The translations under genes were made by a program, and so were the position numbers. The notes under the pieces are model-generated. The model worked only from the letters and a program-made list of their open reading frames with translations, had not been told where the DNA came from and searched no databases. Below are positions 52,205 to 64,000 of a stretch of DNA of 64,000 nucleotides, piece after piece (position 1 is the stretch's first letter; the number at the start of each line of letters is the position of its first letter). The DNA is from Marsupella aquatica (Eukaryota > Plantae > Marchantiophyta), in the NCBI GenBank assembly GCA_973895155.1, contig OZ316894.1, positions 17,886,563 to 17,950,562 on the forward strand, written 5' to 3'.

Positions 52205-53614
52205 AATACTTAAATTGTTTTCCATGGACTAAGTCTCTCATTGAAATTAAGAATATTTATAGGGAGATGGGGTGTACAAACTCATTAAATGTAGTATGAT
52301 CCTGTTTTCAAAGCCTCACAAAACACAAACTAGCCTCACAAACTAGCCAAACAAAATGTTTTGAAAACAAAACACAAACTAGCCTCACAAACTCATTTGT
52401 ATACATTTGTATACTAGTTTGTGTTTTGAAAACAGGATCATTTTTCAGAGTATTATATCCCATGATGCCCTGTGAACAGGATGTTTATATATATAATAGA
52501 ATATATATAATGCTTTAATGTAATACATGACAAATGAAATGCCAATGAGTGTGTCATAATTAAGCTCATACGTCTCGTGCAAAATTACGTGAAGGCATTT
52601 CTGGTTCCACACAAAACCCCCAATGTTTTATTGTGAGTACGTAGTTTGATCATTTTATTTTCCAAGCTGTTGTTGGATAGGTCCCAAGCAGTCACTTGAA
52701 GAAGGGTCATATAATTTCCTAAAATTCTTTTCAATTAAATTCCATTCTGGAAATTTTGAGGTGGTCGCTTTTGCCCACCAGACCACCTACGCCACATAGA
52801 TCAGTGAATAGGGCATGCCCATAAAGGCCCTGATAAGAGGACCCTCTCTCTCAGAAATTCTACCCCCCTCGAGAAATGAGGTTTCTGTCAGCTCCTTCTG
52901 GTAGTCCTGTTTTGACATGTGCTTGACCTGACAGGAGAGGCGGCTCTGCTAATCCGTTTGTTTTGCAGGCGAATAATACTTGATGAAAAGAAGTTGAAGA
53001 TAGACTTATGGTTTGGCGAGGGTGCTACAGTAGCGAGGGAGAGGGAAGAGTGAGGTCAATAAATGTATCTAAAGGATTCGTGAAACTTTTTTCTTTCTTT
53101 CATTTTTGATTACTTGAATCCTTCCAATATGCTTCCCTTAAATTTTGTTATGGCCAGGCTCCTTGCCCCTTTTTCTTGGGGTTGGGGTGTGGTGGAGAAG
53201 CTGACCACTATTCCAATGAGCATTTGGTCATTTAGGCTGGGCGAGAAATTAAAAATTTGACAGCAAAAGGTTTGCAGTTTCCCATTTGACTGAATTTATT
53301 TATGTTGGGTTGGAAAAGGAAGGATACCCACTCTCGGAATCTTATCCCTTGCAACTGGAAAAACCAATTTTAGGCCTAGAAGAATTCCTAGTCAATGCTA
53401 GATAGGGCCTGAAGGGAAACTTTAATTCACCTGATGGCCCAAAAGTTAAAGCTGTCTTGATGGGCAATGGTCCTATCTCCAAAATAGCACGAGACAGTTT
53501 TTTTTCTAATCCGCAAAATCATTATTTTCAAAAGACTTTTTTGTGAACCTAAAATTGAAAACATATATCATGGATATTGGCTAAATGTTTTGCCTTGGAA
53601 AAAACAATTCAATT

Positions 53615-54032
53615 TCATTCAAACAGCTTTTTAATAACCTGCTCCCCAAACTACCTAATATTATTAACATACCCCCCCAAACAAAATTATTTATCAGCCT
53701 GACCCCATTTTGTATACTGGTTAGTATGAACTTGAGACCGGGTTCCCATTGCCATGTGGCCAAGCATCATTGGCTAGCCTTAACCCAGCCGCGACCCCCC
53801 TTGGTCCCCCTTCCGCACTGCAGGGCCTACGACTGTGCCCTGCAATGGGGAAGGGGAAATGGAGGGGGTCACGGTGGGTTAAGGGTTGCCAATGCCAACA
53901 AGAACCCAGTCATGTGTCAATAATAAGGTTCAAGTATACTATATGGGGGGCAGGTTGATAATTAATTTATTTTGGGGGCACATTAGTAATTGGGATAGTT
54001 TGGGGGAGAGGTTACTAAAAGCCTGTTCATCC
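53615..54032. mobile_element. Foldback/MITE-like element with ~110-bp imperfect inverted arms
   Basis: 53620-53720 (AACAGCTTTTTAATAACC..CCCCAAACTA..GTATAC) is inversely matched by 53933-54030. Confidence 0.6.
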
Positions 54033-54959
54033 AAAAGACCACCAGACAACGTTAGTGGCACACAAAGAAGGTCGGCACCAGTGCCCAAAGGACCAGTGAG
54101 ACCTGACCAGTACCAGGAGAGAAACAAGACCAAAAATGAGAAACTAAACCATAAATTTAACTTCTGCAGGAGGAGGAGGAGCGGCAACATTTCATATTGG
54201 CTAATTCTAATTGAAAAACTGATTGAGAAGGCAAATTTATTATATTGTGCACGGATTCTTTTTCGTTTTGCTGGGCTGAGGTTTAGTGTACACTATAGTA
54301 ATAGTATCAATAGAATCAGCCGAGCTTGAGTTGGGTCAAGCAGAAGGAGAGCAGGGGTTTCGACTTCGTTGTCATTTTGTTGGAGCTGTTTCTGGTTGGA
54401 GATGGCCGCGGTTTCATCTCGGACCGTCCGTGCTGTCCTCGGATCCGTCTACCGTTTCCCCATTTTTCCCAATTCAGGTGGGTTACGGTGTTCTTATCTC
54501 CTGTAATAGAGGTGATCATTCAAGCGAAGCTTTTCTATGGTCGACAAAAAATTTTGATCTAGAATGTATGGCGTCGTCATCTGTTGGAGTCTATGTAAAG
54601 ATATCTTTCTTGCTACCTGTCTGCAATCTGTGCCGGGCCGTGCCGTGTATCATGGAAATTTGTTTCCGAGTGTTTTCTGGAAGTCTGTGAACAGTGTCCT
54701 TGAGATCGTTTCTTGTTCGTAGCAGAAGCTATTGTCAAATCTCAAGCTGAAACTGGCGAAATTAATAGAAATTAAGACAGGCCTTGGACTTCAGAGGTAG
54801 AGCTCAAGTCGTGTGTATTTCTCTCGAGATTGTGGTGGACGTGTCCACGTAGAATGAGAACTGCTTCACTTGAGAGTTGACGATCTAAAAGCATAGCATG
54901 TTCCTTAAGAGGCGTCACTAGCTCGGGAATCTAATGTTTGAGACTTGTGAAGTCGAATG

Positions 54960-56000
54960 TGTTTCAGATGATCACTGATTTTTGATAGTGGTGACGAGGG
55001 ATCAGATGCTGGCGCTGGAGTAGTAGGAACAGGGGCCTGGTCCTTACTGCTGAGGAGATAGGCCACCAATAAAGCTGGAGGATCTTCTCAAAATGGCCGA
55101 GATTCATTGCCAAAGAGTTTGGGAGTGAAGAAGTTTGGGGGTCAGGTAGGTGAAGAAAAGGTTTCTTAATCCAGCTGGCCATTCAGTCTTTGTGAATGGA
55201 ATTCAAAAAGATCTTTCAAGGCAAAAATTGTGGGATTCCATAGAGATTTGTGTAATGAAGGGCCTCATGAACAAGTGATGTTTATGATTGCTGCAGAAAG
55301 TAATTCCTGGAAATATCGTGGTTTGTCAGCGAGGCACCAGGTTCCACCCCGGAAACTTCACACATTGTTCGCTCTTGTAGCAGGGCATGTGCGGTTTGAG
55401 AAAATCCTCGTACGAAACGAAAGTGGGTTCATGTGCATCCAGAAGGCGGCATTCCCGTTCATCCATTCTTTCAAACTTCCAAGCCTGACCCTACTGTGAG
55501 TGCTGCAACCACAGAAAATATTGCACTATAGCTGTCTTGGGCAAATTCCATAAAGATTGTAGGAACTTTATTTGACAGGGAAACCAATTTTGGAAGATTG
55601 TGTTCTGCACAGGGCCGAAATAGTTGTCACAACCAAATTCCGTGACATTGTGACACGATTTTTAGCAAATTGTCTTCAGCTCTATAGGACCTCAATAGTC
55701 GCAGTCACGAAATTCTATCAGGGTTCTAGAGATTTCAGCTAATGGTGACAGGAGTATAACAGATGGTCTTCACCTTTTAAGGACCTCAATCGCTGCAGCA
55801 ACCTGGTGATCAGGGTTCTAGACCGTTGAGCTATTTGGGACACGCTTTGTAGCAGATTCTCTTCGGCTGCATATCATTTCAGGAACTGTCGTAGTGTAAT
55901 TCTTTAGTGACATTCCGTGGGGCTTTCGAACTTTTGGCTCTTGCTGAGACCTTAATGAATTGTCTTCAGCTCCATACGACCTGGAATGCCCTTCAGGAGA
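54960..56000 (-). pseudogene. Possible decayed LRR (NLR/F-box-type) remnant
   Basis: Minus-strand fragments [27 protein letters not shown] and ELKTI..SCHNVTEF, plus a three-fold TGTCTTCAGCT..GACCT repeat. Many stops. Confidence 0.25.
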
Positions 56001-57478
56001 GTTTTACAAGTTTGAGTCACGTTGTCGTCCTTTTCACGGCTAGTGGTCGTCACCATCATGAAACTCACTGGCACTTTAATTGTAATGGCTTGATTGGAAT
56101 CATACACAAAGTTTGATGTCCCCCTCCCGATAAGCGCCCATCCCAGAAAAAGCAAAAGCAAGTGAAATTTTTTTAGTACATGTCTCACCACACAATACCG
56201 ACTAAAAAAAGCTCACAGGCTTCTAGTTTTTTGGGGGGAGTGCTTGTTGAAAGTGGGGACAATACATCCTGCAGCTTGAAAAATATAAATGCAGCAATGG
56301 TACCTCTTGTTTTGTGTTGATCATCCTCTTTAGCCATTGAGGCTGGTTAATAACGACTTGTATAGCTTTCGTCTATTTTGTTCAAGCTTGGGGATAGATG
56401 ATGCACTCTCGGGACCGTTTAGTGGTGCCCTCTGCAGGACTGGTACCGTTGTGTAATTATCTGAAGTTCCTAAATCAGGGACGCTAGCAGCTGGGAAGGA
56501 ATGACCACAAGTAAGTTCAGACTTATCAGCACAATACGCTGCTTTCTCCGGCTAGTTCCAATCCTGAATGTGCATTAGATCAGTAGATCATCACTAAAAA
56601 CATGGAGCACTATGAGCAAGTCATATGGATTTGCCATATAGCAGTGTCAAAAAATAGTCATCATACTTTGGAGAGAGAGACTTTATTTTTTTCTTTTTTG
56701 TTCTTTCTAGGTTATTGGGTTGACATTTGCCCTCTTTGAGTTTGTCCCCTGTGATTTGTTTTCTCTCCACTGTACTTGTTTTATTTTTATAGTAAATAAA
56801 CTAGCCTGACTTATATTCTTTGAACATGAATAGCATTTCATGAGTCCATTTTTCAAAACTGTCATCCTCAACCTGAGCCTAAACCCAGTTCCCTTTTTAA
56901 CACACTTTTTTCACCCGGCCCCAAAAGCACCCCAACTAAAGTGATCCCTCAGAGTTATGGTCTAGAGACTTTGAGTTATGGTCTAGAGAAAAGTAACTTT
57001 TCTTCGTGCTTTGTTAGTAAGGTTGGTGGATTTTCTTCTTCTAATGGAAACGTAAGACAGTGTTGGACTTTTACTAAAGACTTGGTTTCTACTGGTCCCC
57101 CATTGGTCCGCCTGAGTCTACCTAAAATAATGCCTGCATCACTCTTGACTTTCCTACTAGTGGAAGTTGGAATCCAGTAAGAGTGGAGGTAGGCTAACTA
57201 GAATGGAATCAATAAGTCAACAATGCTGAGAGCACTATCTTTGTACTCAAACCATGCTGTCAACTTGGTCATGATTTTTCCCTTGTAATTTTCAGGGCAT
57301 TATTGGAGAACACTACACATTCAAGTAATGGATAAACTATTTACCTCATTTGAAAAGGGAACCGACCGTGATTTTGAATATCTCAATCTGCCAAAAAAAC
57401 AAAAGGTGCCAAATGAGGAGACATGACCCCAAAGGCAAATGACACAATCAAAGGGAGACAACAAAAAAGCCAAAACAA

Positions 57479-57678
57479 TTTTTAACTACATTGTCACTAA
57501 AGGTGGTTGAATTTATAATTGTATTTACAAAAATGTCACGGTTTTTGTATATATAGTTCCCCTAATTACCTTGGTAAACTTGTTATCTGTATACAAAATA
57601 GTGACATTTTTATAAATACAGAAAAAATAGTGGCATTATTATGAATTAAAACATCCTTAGTGGCAAAGTAATCAAAAA
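57479..57678. mobile_element. ~200-bp MITE-like inverted-repeat element
   Basis: TTTTAACTACATTGTCACTAAAGG..AAAATGTCAC pairs with GTGACATTTT..CCTTAGTGGCAAAGTAATCAAAA. Confidence 0.55.
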
Positions 57679-60099
57679 CTGAAATCCAAAAAGGCCAGGG
57701 GGACCAAACACAGGCCCGATCCCAAAGGTGACAAAACATTATGGAAATTCTCCTCTATTTGTACTAAAGTGAAACAAAATAAGAATATCTCAGGCTTTAA
57801 TTGTGTTAAGGTCTTGTTCCAAGAACATTATTGTGGCTGACTCTTCCCTTTCTGTGGAGTTTCACAGATTTCCCCTTAAAATTTATTTAAAAAATAAAAT
57901 ATTATTGGCAATAAGGGCCTCTCAAAAAGTCAATTGAAGCTCTCCTTTTGCAGGGAATTATAACAAACAATGCATTATAAACTGGAATTTCTATATACAA
58001 TGAACATTGCTGATATTTAGTGCATAATTTTTGGGGCATAGAGAGGTTGTTCAAAATCTCTCAAAGCCATGGGATGTGATTGCATGATCCAGATGAAGTA
58101 GTGGAGGTAAGCAGTAGTACTCATTTGATAATTTGTACAATGGTGTGAATGAAAGAGAATTTTAGATTATGTACGATCTCATAGGCAATCTCCCAGAATG
58201 TAGATCTCACCCTAATTTCCATAAAAATTGAGTTAAAAAAATCTAATTATAACCATAGATATCTACAGTAGGTCTCCACAAATAAACTGAATCCAAAAAT
58301 ATCTCATATTTTCTTAATAAATCTACGAAAACAAAATCTTCCCACAGATTCTCAAATTCTCGGGGCTGAATTTCTCAAAAAACTACCTGGGTTCTGAGTA
58401 ACATTCGGCCTTTATTTAACTCGTGGCCGACAATACAGGCTAATGATATACACTCTTGTATACAACAATACCTGTCAGTCTGTCATCCGTCTGGAGACAG
58501 GATCGACGGTAATAACGGAAGGTAGATGGCCCGGTCGACCACCATCACCGTCGATGATATTGTCGTTGGTGACGCTTACATTCAAGGATCAACTGTCGTT
58601 ACTTTGTCATATAGGTTGGACCGCGCGATGCGGCCAAGAGTGACAGTTGACATGTCATCAGCAGCTCTCAGCGGGGGAGGCGGGAAGATAACAATCGGAA
58701 ATTCAGAACAGGTCAGGATTGAACCCTGTTCCTCATTGAAGCTAGGATCAGACTGATCAGTCGTGGCACAGAATTTGTAGACACTCCTGTCATAGAAGTC
58801 ACGTAGGTGCTGAGAGTATTGAAGGCAAGACTGTCGTCCGTAGCTCCAATCTATCACGGGTGTGCAAAGGACAAAAACACTTGGATAGGCTTTCGCGCTT
58901 GCAAGTTAGTACACCCTTCTTAGTTCCTTTTCAATTTGAAGTAACTTACAGGAGTGTAAAGCATTAGCCTGTATATTCACATTGCTGTAGCCATATTACT
59001 CTCTGCACTAGCAGCAAAATTGTAGCCATATCACTCTCTGCACTACCGTAGCACGCTTTAAAAACTTAATAGCTCTGTGATTCTTCTCTTTGTATTTTTT
59101 GATGCATTTTTGTAGGAAAATGCCTTGTCACTATTTGGATCACCTCTTTAGTACTAATTTCCTCTACTTTAAAATGAATGATTGAAAATAAACTTCTCTC
59201 AGGCCTTTGAGTGCATTAAAGTCTGTAAATGGCAATGATGACACTCAAAATTTAAGTTCCAGTTCTTGGTTTTTTTACCTTATTTGATTAATAATTTGCT
59301 ATGAAAACTCACAGTGTTGGGGTCTACAGTAGGTTTCTAGAGTGAAGTAGCTAGACAATGACTTTGGAACCCCACCAAAATACATATGGATGCAAAGTTA
59401 ATATCTAAGTTTCTAGAGAGAAGAATCTAGACAATGATTTTAGGACCTACCAAAATGAAGATAATGATTTTTTTCTTCATTTTTATTACTATTCAAAATG
59501 AACATTTAGGCAAGTATACATTCACTTTGGAGTTCTTTCAAGAATTAGGGGCATGGTCCATTTATGGCGCTGACTGTTTTGAAGGCAGGAGTTCCATTCC
59601 ATTTTGAAGGCAGCACCACCTTGGCATTTACATCAAGCCAGGATTTGTAATGGAAAATCCACCTATGTGAAGCTCACCAACATATGTCACTGGACTAGGG
59701 TACCTGGGCTGGTCCATGGGAGATTCATGAAGACAACTTCAAGTCCAGCCGGTCCTTGACATCCCCCATGTGTCCCCCTTCAGTCTGCTGGTTTTGGGGC
59801 TGCATTGCACGTAGACTTGCATGTAGACTGATAGAGTTGATCTTTATTGTGAACCCACTGTAGTGCGACCTTGCCGGTGAGCAATGGCAGGTCTTTTAGA
59901 GTGTGCTACTTCTTCTCTAGTTTTCTAAACTTCTGGTTTTGTTTTCAATTTCCTTGTGAGGCTCAGGTCCTTCTCTGGTTCAGGTTTTTCCCATCTGGAC
60001 CCATTGACCTTTGGTCTTTTGGGTTAGTGTCCCAAATTTCGGCCCCCCATGTTATATGCTGGCTATCTTAAGGAAATTCATTTGGTTTTTTGAATAGGA

Positions 60100-60185
60100 T
60101 AATGTCCTGGTTAGAGGGCATTGTGGGATATAATGCCCTGAAAAACAAGGGCATTATTTCCATAATGCCCATAACTAGGACATTA
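60100..60185. repeat. 86-bp imperfect palindrome with nested GGGCATT..AATGCCC hairpins
   Basis: Arms 60100-60140 and 60146-60185 are near reverse complements around an AAAAA loop. Confidence 0.8.
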
Positions 60186-63049
60186 ATATAAGTAAAAACT
60201 TGAGTGACTTTTAGGTAACAGACAAAAAAAAGTGAATCTCTAAAATAGAAAATTCAGATTAAAAGGTCATCCAAGAAGTGATTACTATGAAATTGGCCAA
60301 AAATATACATTCTTGAGTTATATTAGATTCTATTCACAGATATCATATAAGTTTTGTTTATCATCTTGAGATCTTGACTAAATTTAATTTTTTTTGTGTA
60401 TGATAAAACTATATTTAATTTTTATTTTTATTATATATATGGTGTTTTGTATAATCCTTTCCTAAAAAAAAAGGGTGTATTATGAAGAATTAATGCATTC
60501 AAATATACAAAGAGAAAAGTCATGAAAGGTTTTACGGAGGCCCGACAAAAAGAGTTCCATTTTGGAGGGAAAAAAAGAGAGTTCCATTCCGTAGCTCCAT
60601 TCGTCCGTAGCTCCATTCGTGGCACGGCAGTGGAAACACAGCGAAGATTGGCCGATTTGGGGGTTGCCAGTACAGCTCAGTGCATGCCGCGCAAGACATA
60701 CACAGTCGGGCATATGATTGTACAGAATTCAATCAGTAGACCAGTAGTAGTAGTGAGTAGTCCTTTCATGGCACTGGGCCACTGGTAGAGTTGCCGCAGC
60801 TCGAGTCATGGCACTGGGCCACTGGTAGACTTGTCGCAGCTCGAATCGTAGCACGGGTGTGTAACAGACACGAATGACCTTGGATTGTCTCACGCGATTG
60901 CCTCACGCGATTGCCAGTCAGGAACAGCAGAGCATGCCAAGCAACTAATCAAGAGACAGGCACAGTCGGACCCAGTAGCTTCTGCGAGCTACGGGAGTGC
61001 AGGAGCTGCAGAGGCGCTTCCAGGAGTAGCATGGAAGCAGCAGAGGAAAAAGAGGAACAGCAGAGGAGCAGCAGAGGAGCGACCTGGTGGCTGGTGCCAT
61101 CCTACGGCAGTCTATTTGGACACTAGTTGGTTTCTATCTGTGCTCTGTGTGCTTTTCTTCGAGTCGTGTGTTTAGTTGTTAAATGCCCGCCGCAGATGCT
61201 GCTGCCTCTGCTGCAGTCTCTGGTGTATGCCTGCAGGGCACCGTACATTTTACTACTTCCAGCTCGTCGTTTTCTTCGCGTTCCGCAATGGCTCTCTGTT
61301 CGAATGGTTCAGTGGAACGCAATACGGGCAATTGTCCTCGCTTAATTTGAATATCGTGCGAAGCACTGCATAACCGTGATGGAACGACGCGGCTTCGGAA
61401 TTATTTTAGGTTGTCTGCTTCTGGCACAAGCGTCAGGAGGAGGTTTGTTCTGGGAACGCGGGATGATTTCGCCAGGTTTTCTTGCTGTCAGTCCAGGGGC
61501 AAGGAATTTTGAGGACGAGGATACGACGGGGGAGCTTTCAATGAAGAGATGTTGTGCATATTTTGGAACTCTTCTATCGTTCGCCGGAGCAGGCCAACAG
61601 GTTTGGTGACTCGTCCTAGCCGGGAATTTTCATCGTTCTATTTCCCTTGCCCGGATAGTGTAGAGAACGAATAATGGTGATAGTTTACAGTGATTGGTGA
61701 TAGTTTACAGTGATTGGATGGGCCTTGAATTCTTGGCCATGCTGTTTGGTTCTGGACCTGCGTACACAGCTTGTCGGTGACCCCCCGGGAATCAATGCAT
61801 CTATCTGGACGATGCCCCGTCGGAGTCGCTGTTCCATCGAGCATTGTTGTGTCTCAAATGTCTCTGGTAGGAAAAGAGGAATTTCTGCAAATACCCGGGG
61901 AGGCATTCGAGTTTCTTCGACTCAAAGCTAGTTCACTGATCTTTTTCATTTCCGGGTGAACGCCAACGTAGTTTACAGGGATCATCTAACTCACTCGGAT
62001 GTTACGAGCATCAGCTGTTTAGTTTTCAAATTAATGACCCTAGAATCGGAGTTACTCTGCTGGACCTATATATTTCAATTGTGGAGAAGAGAACACACTG
62101 AAGATTGGTCGGCGCTATATGTACGCCAGTTGTCGGAGTTACTTTGAAAGTATGGGTGGTGTTGATTTATGGACGTCCTCAGTTTGGACGATCAGGCGAC
62201 TCGGATCTTTGATCGCGAAGTCTGGAATGTGAATATCATGTCACATGTTTGTCTTGAATTTTAAACAATGCTCGCGTCCCTTATGACAAAAATGATACCA
62301 TTCGAATATCATGTCACGAAGATTGGTAGTCATACAGCGATTGAGACTAGCAAAATTTATGAATTAGACCCCACTCTGCATCCCCAGGTGATGATACAAG
62401 ACGCAGAGAAGAGGCTTGGATACATGAGCACAGGGTTGGTTGTGAGCACATGTGAAAAATCTTCGGAGTTGTAACGAATGACCTACGGGTGAGTAAGAAA
62501 ATGATGTGGATACCTTCCACCATGGACAGGAAGGGTAGGAATTGGCACCAGCTGGAAGAGGCCACGAGGTTTCACTGAGGTTTGACGATATGATAAGCAG
62601 AGGAGGGACGTTTTCTACATTTTCGCGTCTGGCATTGCGACCCTTGCCAGCAATCATAGGTTTGGTTTGTTGCGACTCAAAGATCCAGAAGACGCTCCTC
62701 TGGCTTCTGTATGTTGAAGGGTCCAGATTAGATGTACATATTGTTATTAAAGAAGTTTGCGAATACAAAACTCGTCCATAAAATGCCCACCAATTGGCAG
62801 ATTAGAGCGCATTCTATTGTCAATCTCAAATCTCCATCACTGCCCTCTCTAAATTATCTTCTCCACTCACAGGCCTTCTCAGTATTGTCGTCCAGAGGTG
62901 GCGCACGACTCCGGTTACTCCGGTTTTCCTCTCTCCCTTTCTCCTCATAGGAGGCAATTAACAGCCGTTACGATTTTCTTGAGAAAAATTTGTTTCCGCA
63001 ATCTACTTTTCTCCGGCAGGCCTTCGGAACAATGCAATAGGAAGACGCA

Positions 63050-63640
63050 ATGCGGGAGTTGGATTTGGGAAACGGACTTGGAGTTTCGACTCTAACAAAC
63101 ATGTCGACGCCCACCAGGGCAGCAGGCATTCCATTGAAGCGAGCGACCTCGGCTGATCGCGGAGCTGCAGGGAAAGGGAAGCAAAACCTTAATTCTACAG
63201 GAAAAGGGAATGGCAAGTACAACCGTGAATCGTTCATGCAGCACGCAACACGCGAACCGCTCCCGTTCAATTACAGAAGCAGAAGCGCTCTGTTCAGGAC
63301 GTTGAAAGGAGGAGCAATGGATGGTGGATTGTTCAAAAGCGCTCATGGACTTTACAAGATAGCGATCTTTATCATCGCACTCTGCTTCTTGACAATCACC
63401 GTGATGCAAGGCTCGGTCATGTTCATTGTGAAGTATACAGATTTCCTGACAATTCCGAAAGATGAAGCCTCCAGAACTTCCGACACCTACTGGTTGCCAG
63501 GGCCGCAGGGTATATCCGACTGCGAAACAGCGCTGAGGAGTGCAGTGGAGAACTTCGCGGAACATCTTTCGCTGAAGGCTACAGTTCCAGAGTTGTCGAA
63601 ATTGGAGCGTGGTGCGCGCCGCCCTCCGCGACTCGCGTTG
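63050..63640 (+). CDS. First coding exon of a probable type II membrane glycosyltransferase (plant GT4/'glycosyl transferase family 1' group); gene runs off the window
   Basis: ATG at 63050 after an acceptor CAG (~63019). Basic N-terminal tail, TM helix IAIFIIALCFLTITVM, and RRPPRLAL before a GT donor at 63641. RxPRLALV is recalled as typical of this plant family. The catalytic domain is not in the window. Confidence 0.6.
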
Positions 63641-64000
63641 GTACAATAATCTGCCTAAGGCTGTGTTTGTTGTTCGTTCTTATGATCGCGTTTGGAAGGC
63701 AAGGCTGAACTGGAGATTGCCCGAAAGCAGCATCACTGGATCTTATCTTTCCATTCCGTCAGTAATGCCTGTTTGATCGCGGATAATTGTCATACTAGTT
63801 TGATGAAAATGAATCATACAGCGACATGATCCAGAGGATACCTTGGAACATTAGTATTATGATACAGAGCATTACATACAGAGCTCAAAATGTAGAGGAT
63901 ACTGATGATGTCCTACTGAGTGTAAAATGTGAGAACTGTTCGAGCGGAAAAGAATGCTACACGTTGGTTGAAGCTGTTTTTTTGAAATCTGCTGAGTAGT

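Noticed and set aside
60765-61716. Short tandem duplications (~40 bp at ~60766-60845; 20 bp at ~61675-61716)
   Set aside because: Ordinary local duplications with no further structure.

Overview
This is eukaryotic nuclear DNA, repeat-rich and intron-containing, and most likely from a non-seed land plant (bryophyte-like; inferred from gene content and style). The main finding is a decayed Ty3/Gypsy retrotransposon (~2.1-10 kb). Its single reading frame encodes Gag, an aspartic protease, a complete DNMT3-like C5-cytosine DNA methyltransferase, RT, RNase H, integrase and a C-terminal PHD finger. It is preceded by eight palindromic CGGAACAC-TGTTCCG repeats and broken by five stop codons, each explainable by a single C>T or G>A change. 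Host genes: a 3-exon metallothionein with a dense GTAC (CuRE/SBP-type) promoter cluster, a multi-exon EMF2/Su(z)12 VEFS-box gene on the minus strand, and the first coding exon of a probable membrane-anchored glycosyltransferase. Other content: an unknown Ser/Thr/Pro-repeat ORF, divergently oriented PRP16 and cysteine-synthase-like pseudogene fragments, several non-autonomous TIR transposons/MITEs and minisatellites. All calls come from reading motifs by eye; no database searches were run.
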